A stretch of 61,929 bases of DNA, counting the filler. It is 11 parts of 11 records of this genome, joined end to end, with 100 filler letters (N's around TTAATTAATTAA, not from the genome) between each part and the next. Parts side by side here need not be neighbours in the genome. Positions count along the whole stretch, not along the records: positions 35,260 to 38,950 come from SRR7504441_13276; positions 39,051 to 44,756 come from SRR7504441_13291; positions 44,857 to 53,972 come from SRR7504441_13297; 8 more parts are not named here. One strand, written 5' to 3'. The notes below the pieces were generated by a model, which did no database searches, was not told the DNA's origin, and was given only the letters and a program-made list of their open reading frames with translations. The position numbers and the translations under genes are program-made. This document shows, piece after piece, positions 35,270 to 47,504 of the stretch. Within the stretch, counting starts at the first letter, position 1. Each line of letters opens with the position of its first letter.

Positions 35270-38200
35270 ATGGCTCGGACTGGAACACCTTCCAGCGAGC
35301 CGCCGGCGGACGCGATGCGGGTGGTGGTGCGGGTGCGGCCGCTCAACCAGACCGAACAGGCCGGCGAGCTGTGCATCAGCCCAGACGACTGCCCGGACCC
35401 GAGCTGCACCGTGGTCTGCCGGCCGACCGAGCCCAAGAAGCGGCCCCGGACCGCCGGGCTGTCCACCCCGACCAAGGGCAGCCCACGGGCCGGCTCGCCG
35501 CGGACGCCGGGCGGGATCCAGCCGTTTGAGTTCCACCAGGTGCTATGGGAGCCCAGCAGCCAAGCCGAGGCCTTCGCGGCCTCCACCGAGCCGCTGATCG
35601 AGCGGTTCATCGACGGCTTCAACGGCACATGCTTCGCTTACGGCCAGACCGGCTCCGGCAAGACGTACACCATGACTGGTCCAGCTGAGGTCCAGCCGGG
35701 CGACCAGCCGGGCCGGGGGGTGGTCCAGCGGACTTTTGAGAAAACATTCGAGCTGCTCGAGCGAAGCAAGGGGCTGCTGGGCGACGCGGTCGAGTACTCG
35801 CTGAGCGGGCAGAGCTTTGAGCTGTACAACGAGCAGCTGGTCGATTTGCTCGGGAACAGCCGACAGCTCCGGATGGTGGAGGATCCTAAGCGTGGCGTGA
35901 GGGTTGACGGGATCACCAACCGCCGGCTGCACTCGCTAGCAGACGCCGAGGCCCTGGTCGCCCAGGCCCAGCAGCAGAGATCGTGCGCCAGCACCCGGAT
36001 GAACGCCGAGAGCTCCAGGTCGCACACCGTGTTGAGCCTGCAGCTGCTGGCCGAGCAGAGAGAGGGCGGGGTCCGGAGCTGCCGATGGTCGCAGTTGCAC
36101 CTTGTGGACCTCGCAGGCTCGGAGCGGCAGAAGGTCTCAGAGACCCACGGCCAGCGACTCAAGGAAGGAATTGCAATCAACTCGTCACTCACAAGCCTCG
36201 GGAAGGTGATCGATGCGCTGGTCGGACGGAGCAAACACGTGCCTTACCGCGAGAGCAAGCTGACGTTCTTCCTAAAGGACTCGCTCGGTGGCAATTGCTC
36301 CACTTGCCTGATCGCCACGGTCTCTCCTTCGCTCCGCTGTTCGAACGAGACTCTTAGCACGCTTCAATTTGCCCAGAGAGCCAAGAAGGTGCAGAACCGG
36401 TGCGTAGCAAACGTCGAGAGTGTCCATGCTGCCACGATGGCCGATCTCAAGGCCGAAGTTGCCAGACTCAATCGCGAGCTCTCGTCGGCGCTATCTCTAG
36501 CCTCGGTAAATGCACCGGCTGGGTCGGCTTGATGGAGGTGTGCAGGCCGCAAAGCAGCTGAGCGCGTCCGAGATCGAGATGCAGCTGGCCAGCTCAAAGC
36601 CTGGCAGCCCGAGCCAGCTCACCGCTTGCCAGGGCCGGGTGGCTCAGCTGGAGGAGCTTCTATACAACACCGCGCAGGTCCGTTGCCAGCGGTGCACTGG
36701 CCGGATAGAAAGGTAGGTGCTCAAGCAATCCACAGGAGTGCCCGAGCAGGAGGCCTCGATTGTGATCAAAGGCCTCGCTCAGCAAGTGTGCCGGTTGCTC
36801 TCCGAGAACCATGCTGGTAACAACGAGCCGAGCATGCTACAGATGCTCAAACACAGTCTTGCTGACAGCGGCCCAATCACAGACCAGTTGTCCCAAGCAA
36901 GCCCCAACAAGGACCCCGAATCACCGGCTAACAGCTGCCCGAACAAGGCAGCTTCCAGCCTACTTCGAAAGATTGGCAAGCCTGTCGTCCCCTTCAGTCC
37001 AAACTCGCCTTGTGCGCTGCGCGTGAACGATGAGAATCGCGGCTCGCCGGCCAAGAAGTTTGTCAAGTCAAAGGTGCCCTTCAGCCCAAGCTCGCCGTTG
37101 CAAGACAGCATGATACCTTCACCTGCTGCAAGGAAGATTCAGCAGAAGCCAGTCATCGCGTTCAGCCCAGTTTCGCCAATGCAGCAAGAGGGCGGGCTAC
37201 GGGTGTGCGAGGATGTCTGTAGCTCCCCTCAAAACGCGCCCAAGACACCAACAAGCCTGCTCCAGCGAGTGCCACTTTCTCCATGCAATCCAAACAAGAC
37301 ACCAACTAACCTCCCATCTCCAATGAAGCTAGGCGAGATTGGTGGCCAGCTCAAGGTGCATTCTCCAGCCATGAGCAGTCCCCAAAGTGAGAAGCGCAAG
37401 GCTGATCCGATTCAAGAGCCCTCGCCCAAGCGGGCCAAGCTGATAGAACAGCTGAGTTCAGTTACTGCTCAGCTCAACACATCCGAGAATGAGGTCTCCT
37501 TGAACGCTCTATGATGTGAAATTCGACTGATCGGCAGGTGGCTAAATTGAAGCAGATCAATACCGCAAATGAGCGAGAGATCAATGCACTACAAACTGGA
37601 TTAGAGACTATGCACGAGGCAATTACCAGCAAGCGTGCGAGAATCAAGGAGCTTGAGCGCGAGCTCAACGATTCCAAACTGCCCAAGGATCCAGAAGGTC
37701 AACATTGACTGATTCAATCTAGCGAACCCTGGGTGCAGGTGCCACCCCACAGAAGTCCAAAACCGCTAGCTGGCCCATGGACTCCCCTGGCGCTTTAATG
37801 ATGCGAAAGGTTGCTGATCTCCAAGGGACGATCAATTCTTCTGCACAGCAGCTGGACAGCAAAGATGCCGAGATCCGCGTCCTCAAGTGATTTTGGTGCA
37901 TGTCTGGTGCTGAAGGTCTGGCAGGGAATCTGTGGAGCTGAGTGAAGAGAAAGCACTGCACATGCACAAGCGGATCATGCTGCTAGAAGAGAATCGGGAG
38001 TCACAGCACACCAGCGAGCTTGCACACAAGGCTGTGGTGAGATGTCCGCACGCTCTGTATGACCCTTCTTGTCAGGTGGATCAGTTTCAAACTCAACTTG
38101 CTGCCAAGGACCTGCAGATTGTTGCGATTCACCAAAAGATGCAGGATGCCAAGAATTTTTCACCCCAAGTGAAAGAGGTGATGACGCCGATCCGGCAGAT

Positions 38201-38950
38201 GATGGAAAAGCAGCAGGCTGAGGTGTGACTAATGGTTTGTGGCCACAGGAGTTTGGGTGCACAGGTGAATTCTCTACAGGGTAGACTGTCCACTGCCATG
38301 GAGGCGGCAAAGCAGCATGTCGATGGGCAACTCCAGGCGTCCTCCAAGCGGATTAAGTCCCTCTGCTCTGAGGCCAGAGAGCGTGACGCGCAAATGACCG
38401 ACAAATGTGCTCAGCTGTTAGCTCTGCAACAACGAATGAGTGAGCAGCCTGCTTGCGGCTCTATGGGCTGAGTATGGTCTGTTCTAGATGCCAGTGATCA
38501 GCTGCGGATCGAGGCAGAGCAGAAGCTCAAGAGAGTGACGGCACAGGAGCGTGCCTCATTCGATCGTATTCAGCAGCTGCAAAGGCACAACGAGCTCCTC
38601 AAAGAGAAAATCAGGTGCCTGAGTTTCACCGCTGGCTAGCTTAACGTGTGTGCTCTCAGCGGGCGGCATTCCTCGGTTCACACCGTCGAGGGTTCCCCTA
38701 TGGTTGGCGAGCAGAGTGATGCGCTTAGCGTGCACGGGAACCTGCTGTTCAACCAGCTGCAAAGCCGCGACCCACAGCTGATTGCTGACAGCTACCGGAT
38801 CGGCGAGAGGTGGGACATAGAAGGGATGCGATCAGACATTGCGCTCTACAACATGGGGTCAGCACCATGGGCGCCATAATTGTTCATTTTGGTCTCGTGT
38901 CAGGTTCACCACGGAAGCCATCAAGGCCCAAAAGACATGCGACCAAGCGG
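35270..38950 (+). CDS. Kinesin-12/KIF15-like motor protein (3' partial)
   Basis: MRVVVRVRP, GFNGTCFAYGQTGSGKTYTM, SSRSHTV, LHLVDLAGSERQK, HVPYRESKLTFFLKDSLGGN. The tail exons join through 38-50 nt GT-AG introns. Confidence 0.9.
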
Positions 38951-39050
38951 NNNNNNNNNNNNNNNNNNNNNNNNNNNNNNNNNNNNNNNNNNNNTTAATT
39001 AATTAANNNNNNNNNNNNNNNNNNNNNNNNNNNNNNNNNNNNNNNNNNNN

Positions 39051-42000
39051 TGGACACATATTGCCGCTGTTGCCGAGGAGCCGACCTGTTGGCTACTCTG
39101 CACACCATCAAGGCAGGCAAACAGCACCAGAAGCTTCAGCTCCAGGCTTCTGAGGCCGTGATCACCGCTGTGGGAGAGGAGCAGCCAGATCAGTGCGTGG
39201 TGGCTTCTCTGGGAGACGGCTACCAGCTATGCAGCTCGTCTCAGCTTGCGAGCGCTGCTGTGCACGCGCTCGCCATTGAAGTCACACACCGGCTCTACGA
39301 GGGCGAGGTTCACCTGGAGCTGGTGGTTGTTAAGTTCCAGGTCGCTGCTATGCTGGGCAATGCCAACCTAGATATCCAGCTCAAGCGAGACTCCGAAATG
39401 CAGTTTAGGCACACCCAGCGGCTGCAGTCAAGCAGAGACCTCCTGAGCACGTACACTGGAGTCGAGCCTGACACGATAAGAGCAAACACTACGTACTCGG
39501 CATTCCTGGGCTGCGCGGGTGTGCTATCTTGTTGGTTGACCGCCTCTGCCGCAGCAGGAGACCACAAGCTGCTGGCCGAAATCGAGCCGTTTGTACACGC
39601 AGTTGTGTGCCCCGGGTCGCAGGCTAGCTTTGTTCAGACAACGCTGCAGGCTCTGAAGCTGGATACAGAGCCCAACCCTGATGGAGACGACATTCTGTCG
39701 ATTCCTGCTCCGATTCAGGCCGTGCTGGCTAGCACAGCTGATTCCATGGCACTCCACCTGCAGCAACCTCCGCTCACTATCTGTGCAGCAGCTGAGGAAA
39801 TCAGGCTCACGCTTGTAGTTTTGCTCGAAATTTTAGCTGGGTTGGCGGCAATCTTGGAGCAGATGCCTATACTCAACCGTCCGCTTTTGCTGGGAGGACA
39901 GAAGCAGCTAGCTTCAGAGTCGACGCCGTTCGTAGTTGAGCTTACCCCGGTACCCGCAGAGAAGGGGGTCATTCGGCCGGGCTCGCCTCTTGCATTATTC
40001 CTGCTTCTTCAGCCTATTCGGGTGAATCTGTTCGATAGTTTTGGATTTTCGGCTTCGATCCTAGCGAAGGTGCACGCGTTTGATGGACAAATGGATGATT
40101 CTGGCAGAATTGTGTTTGAGTCCTCTGCAAGCGTATCTGGATCACAGAGTGACGTGAGGGGCAGCAAGGATGCAACGCTCCTTAAGGAGACATGGGCTCG
40201 CTGCAATGTAACACGCGAAAGTTTCTCGACTGAGAAGCTCGTCTACGCTGCAATTGACCCTGTTGAGCTTACAGTTACTCCGCCGGCTGTTGCGTTCGCC
40301 TTTCGAGCTCTCTTGGGGAAAGGAGTAGACACCACTTCGGAGCAACAGGGTGGGTTTGTCGTTCATAATTGCCTGCACAGCGAGGTGGTACGAATTACTA
40401 CCTCCGATCCGACTGCTGACAAAGACCCAGAGGTCGAACCAGAAGCAGGCGGCAAAGGGGATATCATTGACCTGGAGCCTGGACAGACTCATCTAGCTGC
40501 GGCGGCTCAGATATGGTTTTCTGCTTGTTCAGCGGATTGGTCTCGGGTAGAACAAGGCTCAGCGCACATAGGGTGTGTCTCGGCAGATTCAGATCGAACA
40601 GACAAGATTTGCTACGAGGCCAAGCGCACAGATTACAGAATGCAGCTGTTCATTCGCTCTGTAGTCTCAGTGAAGAGCGATCTCGACGTACCGGTCACAC
40701 TTGCGTTTTACCACAAGCTAGCATCCAGCAGTGAGGAGCCAAGCCATACTGCAAAGCTTGGCGCTGATAGCACATTCTTTGTTCCTTTGGAATTTGTCAC
40801 TTCAGAGGCAGCGTTTACTGTGGAAACAGAGGACGGTGTCGTGCTAAGTTTGCCACAATTAGTAATGACAAGACCTACTGTGCGCCCGGAAAGCCAGGCG
40901 GGCAATCACAATTTTGCCGGGGCAAAGCTCACCTTGGCGACGACAGAGGCTGGGCCTCTTGTTATCAACGACGATCTCCAGAAGCACCTGCGGACCTGGG
41001 TGCTAGAGCCTCGCTTTCATGTGGTCAACAAGTTGCTCTGTCCCATTCGTCTCGAGGCTGTTGCATCCGATGATGCCTGGAACCCTGACCGGAGTGTGAC
41101 TTGCAACCCTGGGGAATCTCAGATGCTGATGTTTGGTGGCAATGACGTTCAAATTGCACTACGACTCGAGGGCCAGCCGCTGAGTGATAGCATCAACCTG
41201 CAACCACGCGATGGAAAGTACAGGTTGACGCTTCCTGGGGACCACGAGCAGCATGTAGTGCTTGACCGTTGCCTCCTTGAATCCCAAGCCGAGCAGCTCA
41301 CTGTTTATTCACCGTTTTGGGTTGCAAATTACACACCCTGGAGACTCCGGGGGTGTCAGAGTTCACCTGTTTCATTCCCGCCCAACCCTGACACATACAC
41401 AATGTTTGCAACCCATGCTACAGCTTGTCGGTTCTCGATTGAAGGCCAGGCGGACGCTGAGTGGTCTGAGGTTGTCAACGTCAGCACAATTGGCTCAACA
41501 GGTTGCTTCAGCTTCAAAACTGGAGGAGATACGATTCACGTCGCCATCTCTGTGCACACAGCGCCTGCCCAGTATAAGGGTTTCACTAAAGTCATCCGAC
41601 TGCATCCCATAGTCAGAATATTTAACTATACTGGTGTCTCACTCGATGCAATGGAAGATGATGGCTCGCTCGCTGGATCGATTCCCACCACGGACAAATC
41701 GGACCCGTACGGCTCAGCAGCTCCCTGGTTGGGGGATGGCGATAAAACAATTAGCTTGCTGACCAAGAAGATAGATATGGATAGCGGAGCGGTCCAAGGT
41801 GGTCTTAGTCAAGCCTTCCATGCGTCACAGCCAGGGTCACGGTGCCTCCGGCTAACGCAAAATGGTGCCACCTCTTCCTTTCTGAGATGTTGCACGACTA
41901 GAGAGGACGGATCTAGCAGCCTTGCTGTCGCGAACGCGCCTACACACACGGCTCCAGTTCAAGTGCTCAACTATACACGGTTTCATTGCTGCTTTTGGCA

Positions 42001-44149
42001 GCATCGAACTAATCTAAGTGAGATGCTGGGATTCGAGGAATCAAAGGAGGAGGTCAAAGGCACAGTTGGGCCCTTTAGCACGGCTCCGTTCGCCTTTGAT
42101 GAAGGCTACAGCTGTCTCGTCCTCGCCCTTTACCGTACTGCTCCCGCAGCCGGTGGGTCCGTTGAGATCGAATTGGACGTGCCATGCGACAAGATTGGCT
42201 GCTGCCCACCAGTCACTGCTTGCGACGCGACGGTGCACATCGCTGTAATTCCATCAGATGCGCTGTGTGTCATGATTTCTGATTTTTCTTTCGATGAACA
42301 AATCGGTGCAGCAGCAGACCTTCCCAAAAAGGAACCCCTAGAGCTTCGCTACAGTTCGAGCCAAGAAGAGCCAACTGAATCGCGGGGATGTGCTGTGTTT
42401 ACATGCGGGCGAAATTCTGACGGAGTTGAAGATGGAACCGGCCACACGCCTGCTCGTGGTTTCTGCGGCGCGAATCCGGTAGCTTCCACAGCCGAGGAGG
42501 AGGCAGCACCACCAGTGAGCTCTGGGCAAGCATCTGCACTGCAAGTGTCTTCACTCTTAACCGTGGAAGCGTTTGCTGAGCATGTGGGTATTTCGATTGT
42601 ATCTGATCGGCCAGAGGAAGTTGCATACCTCGAGCTGACTGAAACGAAGTTGACACTCAAGCGCCTGGCAACAGACCTGATTCTCGGAGTCACACTCGGT
42701 AATTTGAAACTGAACGACCAGCGCAGTGCGTGTGCCTTCCAGCCTCGGTTCAAAGTTCCAATCTGCAAGGCCATCCTGCCAAAGCCGAGGCCATTAGTCG
42801 AGTGTTCAATAATCCGTTCAATCAAGTCTCCGCGGCTGTACAAGCAAATCATGCTCCTAGTTCAAGAGTTAGATGTCATGGTAAGCGAGGATTTCGTCTC
42901 AGCTCTCTTGCAGCTGTGTCACGGACTGATCGACTTGACGGAGGGGTCGACCATAGCACCGGTGCCCAACCCACTGACGCCCCCACCGGTCGAGATCAGG
43001 CCTCGGCCCATGTGGTGTGATAAATTCACCATCCACCCAATCAAGGCAAACGTTAGCTTCCTCGCGGCGAGTGATCGCAGGAAGCGGGTGCATCATCTCG
43101 ATACTGTGCGAGAGCTCCTACAAGTTGCTGGTTTGACTGAGCTCAACGAGCTGCCAATCTCGCTTCTCTCTCTGGAGATCAAATCCGCCTTTGAGGAGCC
43201 TAAATCATTCATGTGGCGAGTTATATTCCATTATATTGGTGCTCTGCTCTCCCAGACGTATCGGGTACTTGGTTCGTCAGACTTGCTGGGTGACCCTGTT
43301 GGTCTGCTGGGCTCCGTTGGCACTGGCGTGTCGGCGCTCTTCTATGACCCGTTCACGGTCGAGATGGCCTCTCCTCTCGAACTGGCTCAAGCAATCGGAT
43401 CCGGCGCCGTAACCCTTGTTGGTGCAGTGTTTTCCGGCGTGCTGACTTCAGTGGAGAAGCTGATCAAAGGCGCTTCTGGCCTTGTCCGGTCGGTGCACAC
43501 AGCTGCAGAAAAAGGTCTGACCCGCACCCCGGATGGCGAGGCTTTCATCGAGGAAGGGTTTGTTGCTGACGTACTCTCGCCAAGCACAGAGGCTGCAGGA
43601 GCCCTGACTAGCGTGGTGCTGGCTGGAACCGAGGTTGCAACTGAAGCTGTCGCTGGCACGTTGGATGGTGTGGCTGGAGCGATCCACTTGGCTGCGTCGG
43701 TTGGAGCAAAGGATAAAGCGCCAGCTGAGAGATCTCGGCCGCCTAGATCGTTTGGTCCCAACGGATCGCTGATTCCTTACAGTCAAGAGGATTCGGCGGC
43801 ACAGGACGTGGTTGTAAGGGCTGGGCTTGCTCACGAGAACTGTAGGCGGTGGGCAGAGCAAGCGAGCTCAGAAGAGGCCCCTGCTAGGCTGATTGTGCTG
43901 ACACCAAAATATCTCGTCGTCGAGATGGATGGCGACGAGGCGCCTATTGCAATCAAGCTGCAGCATGCTAACTTCGCATCGACCTACCAAGGGCAAATCG
44001 CTTTGACAATCAAGTGGATGGCACCGAGGACGCACTGTCGCATGTGCTACAGCACGGACGAACTGCAAGAAAACGACCTTACTGTGTTGTTGGTGAATGA
44101 GCCAAGGACCGATAGCCTACTCAACCTACTACTCATACCGACCAATTGA
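39051..44149 (+). CDS. VPS13: VPS13-family lipid transfer protein, C-terminal portion (VAB repeats, ATG_C-like region) (5' partial)
   Basis: VAB-repeat motifs PRFHVVNKL, YSPFWVANYT, TKVIRLHPIVRIFNYT; GISIVSDRPEEVAYL; LGSSDLLGDPVGLLGSVGTGVSALFYDP; RSRPPRSF. Confidence 0.88.
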
Positions 44150-44481
44150 GCTACAATTGAGCTGCATGTTTATCATGGCTAATCATACGAGTAGCAATGC
44201 TCATCATACTCGCTCTATTGCAATTGCCTAATTATAAGCCGTGATCTATCTATAGTTGAGTGATCAATACAATCATTACCTAGTTTTGTTTTACTGGTAG
44301 ATGATCCAGCGCTTGGGTGGTCCACTTGAAGAGCTATTCCTTGTACATGTAATGATTATACTGGAAAATCCCAGATCCATCGTATTAATTTTGTCATTTA
44401 AATTCCATACAGACGAATTCTAGACGAATTCCAGATACGATAGGCCTTCCGCACGCTGCCCTGTGCGAGCCAAGAGGCAAC

Positions 44482-44756
44482 CTACTCCTTGCAACTGTGC
44501 TCTAGTAGCCAACTCCTTGCTGCCTGCTTCTCGCCCTCACAGTGCAGGATCCTGCCGTCAGGGTGCTCCACACGAACAAGGTGCTCGCAGCCCTTCTCGC
44601 CCTCGTAGTGGTTCACCCTGCCATCGGGGCCCTCCTTGCGGACGACCCGCTCGCTGCCTCGCTCCCCCTCACAGTGCAGGATACTGCCAATGGGATGCTC
44701 TGCGCGTACCACCCGCGCGCTGCCTGGCTCGCCCTCGAAGTAGACCACCACGCCAT
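44482..44756 (-). CDS. Fragment of a 22-aa tandem-repeat protein (YEGEKGxERxVRxEHPDGRxx)
   Basis: Four successive units: YFEGEPGSARVVRAEHPIGSIL / HCEGERGSERVVRKEGPDGRVN / HYEGEKGCEHLVRVEHPDGRIL / HCEGEKQ... The repeat period is 66 bp. Confidence 0.65.
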
Positions 44757-44856
44757 NNNNNNNNNNNNNNNNNNNNNNNNNNNNNNNNNNNNNNNNNNNN
44801 TTAATTAATTAANNNNNNNNNNNNNNNNNNNNNNNNNNNNNNNNNNNNNNNNNNNN

Positions 44857-47274
44857 GCACGGGCTGGAGAGCGCGCAGGGGGAGGCGGCGAAGAAAGGTC
44901 CGGAGCCGGGCTGACTGCCGGGCGACACGCCTGGGGTGCTCGGTCGGGCGTATTCTATTCGGTGCTGGTGCTGGCGGGCCTGGTGGCCGCCCCTGCGCGG
45001 GGGGGGCTGTGCGAGGTCCAGATCGAGATCATGAAGGAGGCCGGGCTGCAGCTGTACAACATCGACGACTACCCAGTGATGATCAGCCAGTCCACTCGGC
45101 TGGTGAGCGGTATGGCCGGCGACTATGTTGGGTACGATCAAGTGACTGGCTTCCTGCGGGCCACCAACATCGGAGTGTACAATGACGGCAAAATGGACAG
45201 CGAAACTCTGAGCTTCTACAAGAACCTGGCCACCTACCCAGTGGTTCTGGAGAGTACGGACGCAAGCTGCCGGCTACTGGTCATGATGGGAGCGCTCTAC
45301 CGATACCGGTGCTGATCATGCTGGCGAGTGTAAGCCCGGTGCAGGTCGCTTGCTGACTCCTTCATCGGCACCTCGATGCTCAAGCTTGAGCTCGACTTGG
45401 CTTCAGGGCTGCACATTAAGACGCTGTACTATGGCGTCGACGCTGACTACATGAAGAAGCAAGCCGAGGCCACCACCGAACTCAACGACCTGCTGTGCAC
45501 TGGGGCACTCCGGAGCTGCTCCGATCTATCGCCATGCGTAGAGAAGCTGGGCGCGCTGCCGTTGCTGGATTTGCAAGGACGGGCTATGGGAGACAGCCAG
45601 TACTGCAAGGCCCTCCAGGGGCTGGTGCTAGAGTACAGCTCGTCAACTGAATCTGTCTGCCCATACAGTGCAGCCGGCTTGACCGGTGCTCGTTGCACCG
45701 AGGAAGGCAGCCTATCCAACAGGTCGTTCATGTATGGGTTCGACGCAAGTGACCTGGAGAACTTTAAGCTGTTCAAGGAGCACTTTGACGTTGGCGAATC
45801 GGGCTATCTTGATGTGCTCTCCAAGAAAGACAATCAACTTATATTCACCGCTATCTCTGGTGTAGTCGGGGGAGCAATAGCCGGATGCTTGATGCTTGCT
45901 GTTTGGAAGGGCTCAAAGCTGGTTATTTCAGACGAGGAGAACCACGCCTCGATCTTGCTTATCATCATTGTGCTCGGGCAGACGCTCATGTCAATGATCA
46001 ACAAGGGTGTGTGGCTGCCACAATTAGTCCGCAATTTTGAGTGCGACGGGATAGCTCTCTGGTCTGCCTATTTCCAAGTCGGCATGCTCGTTTTCACCCT
46101 CGTCCTCTGCCTTACCACAGGTACAGTCCTCAGCATCAAGCGAACACTGACCTTCTTTCAAGCGTTCCTGACGTATGACAGTATGGCGCTTGAGTTTATG
46201 GACTGCCTGTCGTGCTTCAAACAATATACACAATTGCCTTCGCAGCACGAACTGCTGATCGGAGGGATTCTTTCTGCTCTCTGCATCATGACTGTGATGG
46301 TGTACACAGTGCACCAGAGCTTGGTCAAACATTCGCCTCCCCAAGACACGATCTTGTTCTTGTTCAAGATGTACATCGTTACAAGCAGTGTTGTCACCTT
46401 CACCTTTGCCTTTGCCCAGGTTGCGGCTCCTGGCATCATGGTGGTTGACACTACGTACGTTGTGATTATGTACATCGAGCTGGTGTGTGTCATAGGGTGT
46501 GGTGTTATCGAATACGCGGCACGCAACTATACCTTGACATTTGACCAGCACCTGATGGCTGTCCTCACGCTTCTTGTGGTTTTCAACGACTCAGGCTACA
46601 TTATACTTGGTCTCAAAATGGAAAATGTGTGCGTAGACTATTGGGCAAACGCAGCTTGTCCCAACCACTGCAATTTGGTTGGCATAGCATCATACGTGAT
46701 CATTAGCCTCTATGCCATCATCTTCTTGGCTTACTTGTTCTACTCGCTAACACAAATGTATCAGTATGGGCCTATCCGCAAGTGTATGGGCCCGAAGTGC
46801 ATGAGTCAAAGTTGTATGAGGTTTGCAGCTGATGAACAGGGCCCTGGACCTGCCAGCCTGGAGATGCTATCTCGTGTCGACGATCGAAGAAATGGGAGCA
46901 CCATGGAACTTGTTACCAATCCGCTTTCAAAGCATACACCTAAGTCACACCATCTGCATCGCCCCAACCTTAGGCACAGGCATCGCGGGCGGAGCATGAG
47001 TGCATCAAGTGGTGCTGAAATATTGAAAAGCTGGACGCCGGATCGCTTTTTTGCGGCGGCTGGGCCCATGGACGAGATCATCCAGATCGACAAGTTGCAA
47101 TCAGACAACTGTACCACCACCATCGATAACACTACCAGCCCGCAGGAGATAGCACCGACCAGGCGGTCCAACCCCATCATGGCGGTCGACGTTGACGGGA
47201 CAATGCCCGTTCCCGAAATGGGGCGCCTGCACTCCAAAGGTGCGCTCCGCATGCTCGAGTCGGTAGAGGTCTAA
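44857..47274 (+). CDS. Polytopic membrane protein with Cys-containing N-terminal extracellular region (5' partial)
   Basis: Signal-like VFYSVLVLAGLVAAPARG. One 36-nt GT-AG intron joins ORFs 44962-45315 and 45376-47274. About 8-10 hydrophobic helices and a disordered C-terminal tail. Confidence 0.7.
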
Positions 47275-47504
47275 AATGATGCGAGCTCTAAAACTCGGAT
47301 GATGCTCTTCGGAAAGTAATACGCTAGCATGAGGCGAGCGCCGATTTAGTAGCTATAGATTTGAGCCTAGGCGGCGCCAAAGAAGTTATTATAATAAATA
47401 GTTGTTAAATAGTTGTTTCGATCAATAAATGACTTCACAAGTCATGGTTCCTAAGCCTACTAACAATTATAGTCTAAAGATTATAGTCTAAGGGAGTCTA
47501 TAAC

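Noticed and set aside
23308-38950. Apparent clustering of two kinesins with EFL1 and a channel gene
   Set aside because: They lie on different contigs separated by linkers, so adjacency is meaningless.
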